From a virus (taxonomy: Duplodnaviria > Caudoviricetes): 64,000 bases of DNA. Where the stretch lies: positions 1 through 64,000 of IMG/VR virus record IMGVR_UViG_3300005711_000021; one strand, given 5' to 3'. The notes under the pieces were generated by a model. The model did no database searches and was not told the origin of the DNA. It saw nothing but the letters and a program-made list of their open reading frames with translations. Made by a program: the position numbers and the translations under genes. Positions 26,691-37,982 of the stretch are shown here, one piece after another; position 1 is the stretch's first letter, and each line of letters begins with the position of its first letter.

Positions 26691-29450
26691 ATGGACAATC
26701 AAAATAAAGCACATGTTCAAACACAAGAGAAGACTTTTAATACAAGATATGTAACAGAATCCAGTACTACATCACCTAATAATTATTTTGGTAATAATAG
26801 CTTCTCTGGTGCAGACATGGTTGCTATAATGCATATAACAGGAATAGATGGTGTAAAAGGAACTTACACTTTAGGTTCTTTACAAACTTTATCTTATTCT
26901 ACTTCAATGCAAAGAATGCCTATTCGTTCAATTGGTAATGTCAATGCAAAAGATTATGTAATGGGACAAAGAACAATTGCAGGAAGTTTAGTATTTGCTG
27001 TGTTTGATAAACACTTTGCATATGAAGCCATGAAAGCTATTAAAGGCATAACAGAAGAGGATTATCATTTCTTAGCAGATGAACTACCTCCTTTTGATAT
27101 TACAATTACTTTTGCTAATGAATACGGAAAAATGGCAAAGCTTGCTATCTATGGTGTAAGACTTGTTAATGAAGGACAAGTTATGTCTATTAATGATATC
27201 TATACAGAAAATACTTATCAGTACGTTGCATTAGATATTGATTATTTATCAGATCAAACAACTAATACATCAGGAGCTATTTATTCACCTTTAAAAGCTA
27301 ATGAAAGTAGTACAAGTGCGGCGGTTAAAATAGAAGATATTATAGTAGATGAACCAGAAAAAGATAATGACAATGACAAAAATGATATTGCTAAACATCA
27401 ACTCGTCTATGTAAAAACAACAGATGCTTATACTAACGATGGTATACAAGTAAAAGGAAAAATACAATTAGACTTATTTAAACGTGTAGAGTATGGCACA
27501 ATACATGTAGAATCAACAGATGGTACAGTAGAAAAAAGTTATGAATTAACGCCAGGTGTTTTATTCCCAATTGTAGATTCAAGTATTCCTCCAGGTGATT
27601 ATGTTGCAAAGTATTACTCTGGAGAATCTTTTTCTAAAGCGACTAATTTTACAATTAACTTAAAATCAAGTGGTCTAAAAGTACCAGAACCTCCTGTTAT
27701 TGTTTTAGAACAAAAACTTCCAGATGATACCTATACAGTAGGATTAAAAGCTGTAGATGATTATACAATAGGTATTCAATATACAACAAATGATAAAGAT
27801 GAAAGTTCATGGAAGATTATTGACCCTCCATCTACTTATTCTGTTATTAAGGGATTAAAAGAATATACAACTTATTACTTTAGGTCCTATAATAAAGATA
27901 ATGCATCTGCAGCTATTACCTGTTATACTGATGGAAGAAAGGAACATTTATTTTCAGATTTTAAATCTTATATTGTTGCAAATAAAAACTATCTTTCAAA
28001 AGAGTATCCTTACATAAATAAAATGTGGGATCTTATTTGGACAGAATGGGTAGATGAACCAACAGGAAGTATTTCTGTATCTGTTCAAAAGATAAAAGGT
28101 AAGCTTGATTTATTAGATGAAAATACAAAAAATGCTTATGAATTATTATGTGATATTGCAGCAAAATATGAAAAGAATCAATCCTATTACATTTCTCAAA
28201 CAACTACTTTAACTACACCTAAAATAATTAATGATGCTGGACGATTAATAGAGTTTGATAAAAACATTACTTCATTAGAGATAAAAGCTCTTACAAATGG
28301 TTTTAAAACAATTGTGCCATCACTTTCTTTTAAAGTTGTAAATAATAAATATAGATATTTTGTTAATAGCAAGTATTATGGTATGCATGAAATTATTGCA
28401 AAAAACGCAAATGGTTTTTATGCACCGCCTTTATATATCTATGTTCCACTATTTCAATTTGGACAAGAACTTATGGAAAAACAAAACAATGATCTGGCAG
28501 CTTTTAAAGAAAGAAAGTCTGCTGCAGAACTATCTTTAGTTTCTCCTCTTGTTGCTTCAAATAATAGTGATGAAAAAGAAAATTTATTACAAGAATTAAG
28601 TAATAACATCGGCACACAAAAAGTAGGTATTTCTAGTCCAATAGTTGAGTATATAACAGATAGTGAAGTAAAAGTAAAATGTATAATTCCTGCTATTTAT
28701 ACTGAAGAATGTTTCTTATGTTTAACTCCTGTTTCAGAAATAGGTAAAACACAATTAAAACAAAGAGTTAAAATAACAGGAAATAACTTTAATCATGTTT
28801 TCTATAAATCTAAAAACACATTACTTAATAATACTCGTTATGCATTATGGATAGAAGATGAGGACAATAAAATTGTTTCTTATACAACTGGTTTTGACTT
28901 TAATAGTTCTTCTACAAAAGTACAAGAGTTGAAGAATACTGAATTAATAGCTATTGCTAAAAAAGCATATAGTTATGATAAAACAAAATCATTTGCAGAA
29001 TCCTATATAGAAGAAGAGGGACTTTCAGATACAGCTATTTATAATTCTGTAATTGAAGATGTTATTAATACTGTTTCTAATGTTGATTTCTATAAATTTA
29101 ATTATTTATTAGATGCAATTAGTGCGAAACATAAAAGCACTTTTTCTTCTGTAGTTAATACAGATATTCCTAATCTAAAATTCTCTGCTGATACACATAC
29201 AATTACAGGTAGCTTTAAAACAATGGGATATACAAAAGTAGTAAGTGTTTATTATAATGGATTTATTTTTACAGAAAAATTAGGAGCTGTTAAGGATAAT
29301 AAAACATTTTTAATTAATGGCTACAAAGAAGATAATCTGTATATGTATTTATATTTTACAAATGATGCAATGACAAAAGTATCTAAGATTTTATTATTCG
29401 ATATTCAAAATAGAAAAACTTTAGGAATGAAAGTTGAGGTGGATTGGTAA
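26691..29450 (+). CDS. tail-tube-domain protein with FN3-like extension
   Basis: N-terminal ~190 aa are paralogous to the tube (FSGADM, GQRTIAGSLVF, PFDITITFANEYG); IKGLKEYTTYYFRSYN is FN3-like. Track start is 26673. Confidence 0.75.
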   Translation: MDNQNKAHVQTQEKTFNTRYVTESSTTSPNNYFGNNSFSGADMVAIMHITGIDGVKGTYTLGSLQTLSYSTSMQRMPIRSIGNVNAKDYVMGQRTIAGSLVFAVFDKHFAYEAMKAIKGITEEDYHFLADELPPFDITITFANEYGKMAKLAIYGVRLVNEGQVMSINDIYTENTYQYVALDIDYLSDQTTNTSGAIYSPLKANESSTSAAVKIEDIIVDEPEKDNDNDKNDIAKHQLVYVKTTDAYTNDGIQVKGKIQLDLFKRVEYGTIHVESTDGTVEKSYELTPGVLFPIVDSSIPPGDYVAKYYSGESFSKATNFTINLKSSGLKVPEPPVIVLEQKLPDDTYTVGLKAVDDYTIGIQYTTNDKDESSWKIIDPPSTYSVIKGLKEYTTYYFRSYNKDNASAAITCYTDGRKEHLFSDFKSYIVANKNYLSKEYPYINKMWDLIWTEWVDEPTGSISVSVQKIKGKLDLLDENTKNAYELLCDIAAKYEKNQSYYISQTTTLTTPKIINDAGRLIEFDKNITSLEIKALTNGFKTIVPSLSFKVVNNKYRYFVNSKYYGMHEIIAKNANGFYAPPLYIYVPLFQFGQELMEKQNNDLAAFKERKSAAELSLVSPLVASNNSDEKENLLQELSNNIGTQKVGISSPIVEYITDSEVKVKCIIPAIYTEECFLCLTPVSEIGKTQLKQRVKITGNNFNHVFYKSKNTLLNNTRYALWIEDEDNKIVSYTTGFDFNSSSTKVQELKNTELIAIAKKAYSYDKTKSFAESYIEEEGLSDTAIYNSVIEDVINTVSNVDFYKFNYLLDAISAKHKSTFSSVVNTDIPNLKFSADTHTITGSFKTMGYTKVVSVYYNGFIFTEKLGAVKDNKTFLINGYKEDNLYMYLYFTNDAMTKVSKILLFDIQNRKTLGMKVEVDW

Positions 29451-30412
29451 TGATTACAAACAAACCTTCAGAAACAGTTATTGCTCATTCATCTAATAGA
29501 CAAAGATTAGGGAATAAAACATTATTTACTAATCTAGTAAAAAATCAAAACAATGTAAACGTAAGATATTTTTCAGGTATAGATGCTGAAATTTATTTTG
29601 AAGATGTTTATATAGATGAAACCGTTCAAATAGCTTTTAATGTGCAACAACAAGCAATGCCTCTATATGGTTACAACTCTTATGTATATGATGATATTGC
29701 ATTAGGTTCCCGTTTAGTAAGTGGTCAATTCACTATTAACTTTACAAAGTCTAATTATATGTATCAAGTATTAGATACATTAACAGCTATGAAAAACAAT
29801 AATCAAACAACAACTGTAAAAAATATTAGTAGTAGAGCTCCTTTATGGAATAAAACATTTGACATTTATATGAGTTATGGTGATGCTAAACAAAATCAAA
29901 GAGTTGCTAATTCTACTATCTTAGTATTAAAAAAAGTTTCTTTAACAAGTTGTTCTCAAGAAATAGATTATTCTGGTCAACCTATTTATGAGACCTATTC
30001 CTTTGTTGCAAAAGATATTGATTTCTTAACTGAAGGAGAATATATTGAGCAAACAACACAAAAACTAGAAGCGGTTGCACCTGTTACTGCGGCTTATTTT
30101 GATCCTACAAATAAAGATAGTATGTTACTGAAATTTGTGTTTGATCCAAATGTTCAAATCAAATCTCTAGCTTATAAAATGACATCTATGAATTTCTACG
30201 AATCTGTTTATGAAACGGATGATGAAAAAACACTTAAAGATACATATGTCTATCAAGCTTCAAAAGAAGCAAGTAATCTTGTTTATGAACACTATAATAA
30301 AAATAAAGGAAGTATTCGTATTTCAATTACATCAGAATTTGTTGATAAAAATGGTAATGTAAGATTTGATGAACAAGTCTTTGATATTCCTAAACGACAA
30401 ATCAATATGTAA
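29450..30412 (+). CDS. third tail-tube paralogue (candidate tube initiator)
   Basis: FSGIDA, GSRLVSGQFTINF and ETYSFVAKDID match tube motifs. Confidence 0.65.
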   Translation: MITNKPSETVIAHSSNRQRLGNKTLFTNLVKNQNNVNVRYFSGIDAEIYFEDVYIDETVQIAFNVQQQAMPLYGYNSYVYDDIALGSRLVSGQFTINFTKSNYMYQVLDTLTAMKNNNQTTTVKNISSRAPLWNKTFDIYMSYGDAKQNQRVANSTILVLKKVSLTSCSQEIDYSGQPIYETYSFVAKDIDFLTEGEYIEQTTQKLEAVAPVTAAYFDPTNKDSMLLKFVFDPNVQIKSLAYKMTSMNFYESVYETDDEKTLKDTYVYQASKEASNLVYEHYNKNKGSIRISITSEFVDKNGNVRFDEQVFDIPKRQINM

Positions 30413-30487
30413 ATAAACTATAATACTATAGTAATAAGTATTAGTGTAAAAATAAAATAAATTGTAAATTCTAAGGGAGGATTTAAA

Positions 30488-30805
30488 ATGAAAGAATTAA
30501 ACGCAAAAATTCAAGCATGGAAAGCAGAACATGGTAAGGTGTTCAAAACAGTAATCGATGGAGAAGATTATATCTGGAGAAAATTAAAACGTAAAGAGTA
30601 TGTTATGCTAATGGCTAACAAATCTGAAGAAGAAGATTTAGATGCTCGTATTTATGAAAGACAAGAAGAGATTGCTAAACTTGTTGTTTTATTCCCAGAA
30701 AATATTTCTGAACTAGTAGAAGAAAATGCTGGACTTTCAACAACAATTGCAGATGAAGTTATTGCTCGTTCAGGATTTGGAATTACTGAAACTCAAGAAC
30801 TATAA
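30488..30805 (+). CDS. tail assembly chaperone 1
   Basis: Position between tube genes and tape measure; IQAWKAEHGKVF...YIWRKLKRKEY. Confidence 0.6.
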   Translation: MKELNAKIQAWKAEHGKVFKTVIDGEDYIWRKLKRKEYVMLMANKSEEEDLDARIYERQEEIAKLVVLFPENISELVEENAGLSTTIADEVIARSGFGITETQEL

Positions 30806-30832
30806 TTAGATTTGATAAGGGGGATTCTCTAA

Positions 30833-31672
30833 ATGAGAGTATATAATTCAGATCAACAGCCTAATGTTCCTGTGATGGACCTCACAGAAATCTATCTAAT
30901 GTTAAAAGAACAATATGCAGAAGTCTTTATGCTTCAAGTAGAGAATCAAGTCTTCTTATATAAGCAATTAGGTAGAAGAGATTACAAAGACCTTGTAGAA
31001 GCTGAATGTAGTGACTATGAAAAAGAAGAAATTCTTTGTAAGGAATGTGTACTCTATCCAGAGAACTATGACTTTGAAGAATGTGATGCTGGTATACCAA
31101 CACAACTAGCAAAAGCTATATTAAGAAATTCATTTTTAGATTCATTAGAATCAAGACAGCTATTAATCAATGTATTTAGACAGGAGATGTACGATATGGA
31201 TAATCAGGTTACTTGTTTAATTCATGAAGCATTTCCAGAATATGATATAGAAGAAATTGAAACTTGGGATCTTCAACGTACTGCTAAATATTTGTCTAGA
31301 GCAGAATGGATACTTGCAAACCTTAGAGGGGCAGTATTTAGTCATGATCCATTTACAGGTAAAACACCTGAACAAATTTTACAAGAACAATCTGCTTCAC
31401 CAAGTGTTCAAACAAGTGAAATTGAATCATATGAAGAAGAGGATGAATCTTCTCCTATTTCACAAGGTATTGTAGAAACTATCGAAGAACGTCAAGAACG
31501 TTTAAAGAAACAAGGTGTTAAAAAACAAAAAATGACACCTGAAAAATTAAGAGAACTTCAAATGAAATATCCAGAGATGGATTGGGGTTCTAACGTATTT
31601 GAAGAAGTTACAGTAGATAACTTAAAAGATTCAGTTAGTGTAGATTCTCCTGCATTAAGAGCAGGATGGTAA
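30833..31672 (+). CDS. tail assembly chaperone 2 (paralogue of chaperone 1 with extension)
   Basis: Shares EEIxKxxVL(F/Y)PEN and AGxxTxxAxxxxxxS with the upstream ORF. Confidence 0.6.
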   Translation: MRVYNSDQQPNVPVMDLTEIYLMLKEQYAEVFMLQVENQVFLYKQLGRRDYKDLVEAECSDYEKEEILCKECVLYPENYDFEECDAGIPTQLAKAILRNSFLDSLESRQLLINVFRQEMYDMDNQVTCLIHEAFPEYDIEEIETWDLQRTAKYLSRAEWILANLRGAVFSHDPFTGKTPEQILQEQSASPSVQTSEIESYEEEDESSPISQGIVETIEERQERLKKQGVKKQKMTPEKLRELQMKYPEMDWGSNVFEEVTVDNLKDSVSVDSPALRAGW

Positions 31673-31692
31673 TAAAAAGGAGTTGAAACCGA

Positions 31693-34600
31693 ATGGCTAA
31701 TCAAAACGATGATCGCTTTGATAGAGTTAAAACGGTTGCTAAGGCTGCTTTGGCTGTAGGAGCTGGAGCAGCCTTTCTTTATAGGGGAGGAGGCAACGAG
31801 CTCTTATCAAAAGGGTTAAAACGTGCAACAAATGCTTTAAATGATTCATTTAATAGCGTATCAAAAAATTCTTTAAGGGATCTTAATGGTCAAGCAAAGA
31901 AAGTTTTTAAAGAAGGTATAGAAGAGTTTAAAACTAGCTATAAAGACTATGATGATGTAAAAGCTACTTTAAGACTTGATAATCCAAATAGTTTATTAAA
32001 TGTATTTCAAATTGAGCATTCCCTAAATACAAATCCTAATGGATTTTTACGAAAGATGTATGCACAGGAAGAATTCATTCCTGGTATAAAAAGAGAATTA
32101 CAAAATCGCTTATCAGATATAAATCCTAAAAGAGTTAATAATATAGTTGATAATATCTTAACGCATGTCTCTGATACATTAGAATATACTGAGGAAGCAC
32201 TTCCTGATCATTATAAACTTTCTTCAAAGTTTAAAAAAGCTAATAAAGATGTTTTAAATGAAGAACAAATGTTAGACCTTGAAGAAGTTATTAGAGAAAA
32301 CTTTATTAAAAAACGTGAAGAAACACAGCAGTACATTAATTCACATCAAGACCTATTAGAAAACTTAAAAGCTGAATTACTTGATTATGATGGACTTGCT
32401 ACTAAGTTTGGTACAAAGAACAATCAGAGACAAAATATGATTGAACAAGCATTAGGAGATTCTCAAGTTACATTAAGAGAATTAGTAGAGAATGCAGATC
32501 AAATAGAAAAAACAAATTTGATTTCTGAAGGTAATCAGAACCCAATGGATGTTCTTCAACGTGCAAGAGAGTTAATTGAAAAAGATTCAAGATACGGTGA
32601 TTTATTTGTAGATAAAACATTAAGAATAGATGAAGATGGTAACATTAGAAGTTTTGCAGAAGCTGCTAATATTGGTAAAAAGTTTGAAACACAGTTTCTT
32701 CATACTTTACCAGGTAAGCTATTAAAACCTTTAGAAACTAGAGCATTTAAAAATAGTGCTCCTAACTTTTATTTTTCTAGTAAAGGTAGTGTAGATTATT
32801 TACTTCCTAAGCTATTAGAAGATAGAGAATCTACTATATTAGAGAACTCTTACTTTAGAATTAATGATAGAGGTTTTAGAGTTGCAGGAAATGAATTAAG
32901 ACGTGAATCCAAAATGGATGATTTGTTTTTAACTTCAGGTACATATGGTTCTCATGTTAGGTTATATAAAAATATAACTGGTGACGTAGATTACTCAAGT
33001 GCTCCTAGAAGTTTTATAGCAGAAAAACTAGATATGGGGTCCACTCCTAAATTAAATGCTTTTGAAAATCTTAAGTTAAAATATAAGAAATTTAAAGATC
33101 CACAATGGACTCCTAATCTTATAAAAGATAAAATTAATAATCTATCTGCAGATCAATCAGCTGAAGATTACTTTGAAGACATGAAGGAAATTAATCGAAT
33201 CTTTAAACGTTCCACAACCAAGATGGATAAAACGACAGTTGCTCGATTAAATAACTTTAACTTGGATGAATCAACAAGAGAGATTTTTGATTTATTAAAA
33301 TTGGATGATGAAAATCTATTAAAATCTATTGCTTATATAAATACTGGAGGTACGACACAAAACTTCTTAAATGCAGACGCATCTTCATTAATTAATCGTT
33401 ACCAAAAAGATCCTAAAGCAGCTCGTTCACTTGTATCTATTTCAAAGAAGATAACAAATGTCGGGATGAATATGGAGTATACAAATGCTGATCATTATCC
33501 TGACCTTTTAAGAAAAGAACTTTCTAAAGAAGCATTCCTAAGATATAAACAAGCATTTGGCGGAGATGCTTTAATGAATATGCTTAATAGTGTGCCGTTA
33601 TCTAATGCACAACGTTCTAATGCTAAGAAACTTGCAAGTTGGGGTATTTTTCAAGAAGCAGGTGAAATCTATAATAAAGATATTTCTCCAAAGCAATTAG
33701 AAGAATTAACTAAATCAAAAACAAACTTACAAAGCTTATTTGCTTCAGAACTATCTAATGAATCCAATAAAGATAGATTAATGAAACAAGAGTTCCAAGA
33801 AGTTGTTTCTGCTATGAGTAAATCTGCTTCGACAATGTTTGATGAATCAGATGCACCATTAGAGCATTTAAATAAAATTGAAAAAGCTAATAGACCTGGT
33901 TCTCATATTTATGTAAGAAAAGGTATTTCAGCTTTAGATATTTTAAGTGATTTAAATAGCACAGAGAAATTAAAAGCTTTCGGAAAGCAATTTACTGCAG
34001 GAAGAAAGAATATGGAAGATTTCACGAGTTATTCATTCTATCCTTATTTTGGATTATTCCGTTTAACAGATGCATTACCTCACCTTGCATTCTCTCCAGA
34101 GAATACAGGTAGCGTAGGTGACTTAGCTAAAAATATTATGCTTAAACGTGTTATGCCAGTAATAGGTGCAGGTTATACATTAAGCTATTTAAATTATGAA
34201 TCTAAAAACTTTACAGGTAAAAGTTTAACAGAAGCGGCTATGGTTTCATGGTCTAACTTTGATTTAGGTGTTAGAACATTTATTGATAAAACACCTTTAG
34301 CTGAGTCTTTTAAAGATATGTATTATACAAATGATTTAGTTAATTATTATAATCCAGATCCATATCGTAATGTAGAAGAACAACGTGAATGGTACGAAAA
34401 AGGTGTAACACCTGTTCGTAAAGGACGTTGGTGGGGAATGTCTACATCTGAGTTTAGAGGAGGAAAGATAGAATACTTCGAACCTAACAAACTTAGACAA
34501 GTAAGTACACCGTGGAAAGATATAGGTGTTTATGGTTCTTCAGATGAAAAATGGAAACATAGTATTATTCCTACTTTAAGACATCCATTATCTCCTATTC

Positions 34601-37600
34601 GTTATTTAATGGATCCTTATTGGCTAGAAGAAAAAAATAAATTCTCTAGACCATATCCAATTACTGCTCCACTATTTAGTGAAGGTACACCATGGAGCGG
34701 TATTTTAAATATGACTGTTGGTAACGCTATTAAACCACAAAGAAGTATGCATAACGAAGTATTAGGTAATGACTTTACTGATGTAAGAGATTTAATTCTT
34801 CGTGAGAATGAAAGAATTAGAAAGAAAGATGCATTACAAGATAGATATGTCATGTTAACTGGATCTAGCTCTGCTACTGAAGAAAGACAATTTGATATGT
34901 CGGGCACACCTACCTTACAAGGTAGTCCAGTTATTCGTGGCGATAATATTGATTTATCTAATTTTAATAAACAAAGTGGTGTTTCTGCTCCTTATTCTGT
35001 TACAGCTAATACGCATAGAACAGATAGTAAAATTACAATACTAGATAAACTTGTTATGGCAACAATGGATACAGGAATGATTATGCCACAACTTGAAGAT
35101 ATTAATGCTCAAATTAAATATAAAGCATCTACTCGTGGTATGTCAGAAACGAATTATGCTAAACAATATGATTCATTAATAGCTGCTGACACAATAGATA
35201 TTGTTAGAGATAAAGACATTAGTGCTGAACTTAGAAATACAACTTCTACTAAAGAATACATAAGAGATATTGGTTATTCTGCAAAACAAATTAGTGGTAT
35301 TTATGGGTTCATGTTTGATGAATTAATTCCTGGCAAGAAACAACATATCTTAGCAAATGCATCTTCAATGAGTTCTTTCTCAAGAAGTTTCTGGGATGAA
35401 TCTTTAGGTGGCGTTGGTGGAGGATTCATGGAAATTGCTCGACGTTTCTTCCCTCATGCTAATCATGACAATATAGAAGTTAATCCAATTAGAAATAGTA
35501 TGCCATCATGGATGCCAGAAAGATTTAAACATGGTGATCCATATACTAAAGTTAAAAAAGGTGAAATGAGATTACCAGGTAGAGCTTATGAAGCGATGAA
35601 TCACTTTACACCTAATATTGATTTCTCTGTTCATCCTTATATGACAGGTGCTTCAAAAGAAGAGTTAACACAATACTATATTAACAAAAAAGATATGGAT
35701 GAGTATTTTAACTCACTTCCTATGCAAGAAATTAATTTATCTACTAAAGATGTTAAAAACCTGCAAAAGAATGCAAAAGCTGCACAAGATAATGTTCAAA
35801 AGCTATTAAGATCAGGAAAACTTAATAGCGGAGAATTCTATGATGATTTTCAACGTTTTAAAATATTAGCAGACGTTGCTCCTTATAGTTCAGAATACAA
35901 AAACTATAAATCAATTGTACAAAGTCAATTAACAGATGCGAACAAAAAAGAATACTATGATATTCTAGAACGTGTTAAAAAACAATCTACACAACATGAG
36001 TTTTATAATTATAGATATACTAAAAACTCTTTTGAAGAAATAGAAGGTTATGTAGATACAATCACAAAAGATGGTTTTACGTTAGTTGGAAGTAATAAAA
36101 CATATGCATTAGCAGGTGTTAAAACAACACAAGAAGGTATTAGTACACAACTTGCAGCGGGAGATAAAATCAGAATTAAAGTTGATGCATTAGATGCACA
36201 AGACGATTATTTAAAAGCTGTTGTCTATAGAGATGGTGTTAATATAAATCGTGAAATGATTCGAGATAAAACTGCTGAAAGAAGTTCTGATGGTTCAGCA
36301 ATAGATGCTCATGCAATTGCATCTAATACACAACGTCAGCTTGGAGCAATAGCAGAAACAATTGGACATTTACCTATTCCTATTATTCATAATAGATATA
36401 TGAAGTTAGAAACACCTTTAGAAGCATATAAAAGTGAACAAGTATATGGTACACCATATGCAACATGGTCTCACCCAATACAAGGATATATTCAACCAGC
36501 TTTTAATAAAGCAGTATCAGTTGGACCTATACATGCAGCTTTAGGTGCAACATCATTTGCAGCCAATGTTTTTATAGAAATGTCTAATACAAACTTTACT
36601 ACTTCTCATATGATAAGAGAAGCTGCTGAACTTGCTACAACTATAACTGGTAAAAAAGTAGCTGCAGAAACAGTTGCTAATAATATTACAAAAGCAGTTA
36701 AAATTTCTAATCTGTTAATTACACCAGGAGCAGCAACTGGAGCTACAATAGGTTTTGGTATTAAACTAAGTAATGAACATATAAATAAAGGAGCTATGAT
36801 TGGTTCTGCAATATGGAGTGCTGGATACTTAGTAACAAATGCTAATAACCCATTCTTGGCAGTTGGTGCAGGAGCCTCTATTGGTAAAATAGCAGGAGAC
36901 TTTTTAGAAACATCTGGTGGCAAAAAAGGAGCGGCAGTTGGTGCTGCAATAGGATTTGGTATTTCTTATTTAAGAAACCCTGACTTTAGTATAGAAGGCA
37001 TGAAAGAAAAATGGATACCAAAGAAAACTAAAAAACGTTGGGAAATGGAAGAATACTTTGATAGATTAAATTATATAAAATACAAAGGGTTGTTTGAAAA
37101 AGCATCCGAAAAAGCTCTTAAAAAAGAGGGTGTTAATATTAAACAATTAATACTTGAAATGGAAGAGAAAGAAGCAAAAAATGAAAAAGAAAAGGAAAAA
37201 TTATTAAAGTACAAACAAAAACTTGGTAATAATTATATTAGCAATACCGAATATGGTAAAAGCTTAATGAGACGTATTGACAGCCAGCTTACAGAAACAT
37301 TAGAGTCAAAGATTGTTACGGCGGGAGAGTATACAAAATCAGCAATAGCTTATAAACAAGCTATGGATTCAACAATCTATGGGCTCAAAGAAAATGCGTC
37401 TTGGGCACAAATCCTTAGAGCTTTACCTAAGAATGATAGAGATTTCTTCTTAGAGTTTGCTAAGGTAAAAGATGAAAAAGAACAAAATAAAATTCTTGCA
37501 ACTATTTCTCCTTATAAACGAAAAATACTTCAAAGTATTTGGGGTAGAAAAGTAGATAAACTAGAAAGTAATGAATCTTATTTTAGTTCTTATAAACTAC

Positions 37601-37953
37601 CTAATATGTTCTGGGAAGGTTGGAAGCCTAATGTGGACATGGATCAAATCCAAATGAAGACTATTGAGAATGAAGGTATGCTACTATCTGACTTTGGTTA
37701 TTATGATTCTAATAAATACGAACCTGGCTATAATGAAGTTTCTCCTATTAACAATTATCAACAAGATACTAGTTTACTTTCATTAAAAGCTAATTTATTT
37801 ACATCATTAAATGGTTTAGGATTGACAGGTGTAAATGTAAGCATTGAACCAAGTCAAGTCCCTGGTATTCAGATGATTGCAGATTTTGCTAAGATAACAG
37901 ATTATAGAATCAAGCAAAAAATCAATCAAACGTTTGGAAGAACATATTATTAA
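31693..37953 (+). CDS. tape-measure-like giant tail protein with a degenerate SNase-like domain
   Basis: Follows the chaperones; 2086 aa; Gly/Ala-rich hydrophobic block at ~36500-36970; SNase-like pattern at ~36040-36280. Confidence 0.65.
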   Translation: MANQNDDRFDRVKTVAKAALAVGAGAAFLYRGGGNELLSKGLKRATNALNDSFNSVSKNSLRDLNGQAKKVFKEGIEEFKTSYKDYDDVKATLRLDNPNSLLNVFQIEHSLNTNPNGFLRKMYAQEEFIPGIKRELQNRLSDINPKRVNNIVDNILTHVSDTLEYTEEALPDHYKLSSKFKKANKDVLNEEQMLDLEEVIRENFIKKREETQQYINSHQDLLENLKAELLDYDGLATKFGTKNNQRQNMIEQALGDSQVTLRELVENADQIEKTNLISEGNQNPMDVLQRARELIEKDSRYGDLFVDKTLRIDEDGNIRSFAEAANIGKKFETQFLHTLPGKLLKPLETRAFKNSAPNFYFSSKGSVDYLLPKLLEDRESTILENSYFRINDRGFRVAGNELRRESKMDDLFLTSGTYGSHVRLYKNITGDVDYSSAPRSFIAEKLDMGSTPKLNAFENLKLKYKKFKDPQWTPNLIKDKINNLSADQSAEDYFEDMKEINRIFKRSTTKMDKTTVARLNNFNLDESTREIFDLLKLDDENLLKSIAYINTGGTTQNFLNADASSLINRYQKDPKAARSLVSISKKITNVGMNMEYTNADHYPDLLRKELSKEAFLRYKQAFGGDALMNMLNSVPLSNAQRSNAKKLASWGIFQEAGEIYNKDISPKQLEELTKSKTNLQSLFASELSNESNKDRLMKQEFQEVVSAMSKSASTMFDESDAPLEHLNKIEKANRPGSHIYVRKGISALDILSDLNSTEKLKAFGKQFTAGRKNMEDFTSYSFYPYFGLFRLTDALPHLAFSPENTGSVGDLAKNIMLKRVMPVIGAGYTLSYLNYESKNFTGKSLTEAAMVSWSNFDLGVRTFIDKTPLAESFKDMYYTNDLVNYYNPDPYRNVEEQREWYEKGVTPVRKGRWWGMSTSEFRGGKIEYFEPNKLRQVSTPWKDIGVYGSSDEKWKHSIIPTLRHPLSPIRYLMDPYWLEEKNKFSRPYPITAPLFSEGTPWSGILNMTVGNAIKPQRSMHNEVLGNDFTDVRDLILRENERIRKKDALQDRYVMLTGSSSATEERQFDMSGTPTLQGSPVIRGDNIDLSNFNKQSGVSAPYSVTANTHRTDSKITILDKLVMATMDTGMIMPQLEDINAQIKYKASTRGMSETNYAKQYDSLIAADTIDIVRDKDISAELRNTTSTKEYIRDIGYSAKQISGIYGFMFDELIPGKKQHILANASSMSSFSRSFWDESLGGVGGGFMEIARRFFPHANHDNIEVNPIRNSMPSWMPERFKHGDPYTKVKKGEMRLPGRAYEAMNHFTPNIDFSVHPYMTGASKEELTQYYINKKDMDEYFNSLPMQEINLSTKDVKNLQKNAKAAQDNVQKLLRSGKLNSGEFYDDFQRFKILADVAPYSSEYKNYKSIVQSQLTDANKKEYYDILERVKKQSTQHEFYNYRYTKNSFEEIEGYVDTITKDGFTLVGSNKTYALAGVKTTQEGISTQLAAGDKIRIKVDALDAQDDYLKAVVYRDGVNINREMIRDKTAERSSDGSAIDAHAIASNTQRQLGAIAETIGHLPIPIIHNRYMKLETPLEAYKSEQVYGTPYATWSHPIQGYIQPAFNKAVSVGPIHAALGATSFAANVFIEMSNTNFTTSHMIREAAELATTITGKKVAAETVANNITKAVKISNLLITPGAATGATIGFGIKLSNEHINKGAMIGSAIWSAGYLVTNANNPFLAVGAGASIGKIAGDFLETSGGKKGAAVGAAIGFGISYLRNPDFSIEGMKEKWIPKKTKKRWEMEEYFDRLNYIKYKGLFEKASEKALKKEGVNIKQLILEMEEKEAKNEKEKEKLLKYKQKLGNNYISNTEYGKSLMRRIDSQLTETLESKIVTAGEYTKSAIAYKQAMDSTIYGLKENASWAQILRALPKNDRDFFLEFAKVKDEKEQNKILATISPYKRKILQSIWGRKVDKLESNESYFSSYKLPNMFWEGWKPNVDMDQIQMKTIENEGMLLSDFGYYDSNKYEPGYNEVSPINNYQQDTSLLSLKANLFTSLNGLGLTGVNVSIEPSQVPGIQMIADFAKITDYRIKQKINQTFGRTYY

Positions 37954-37982
37954 ATTTATTACAGAAAGGAGTGTGAAAGAGA

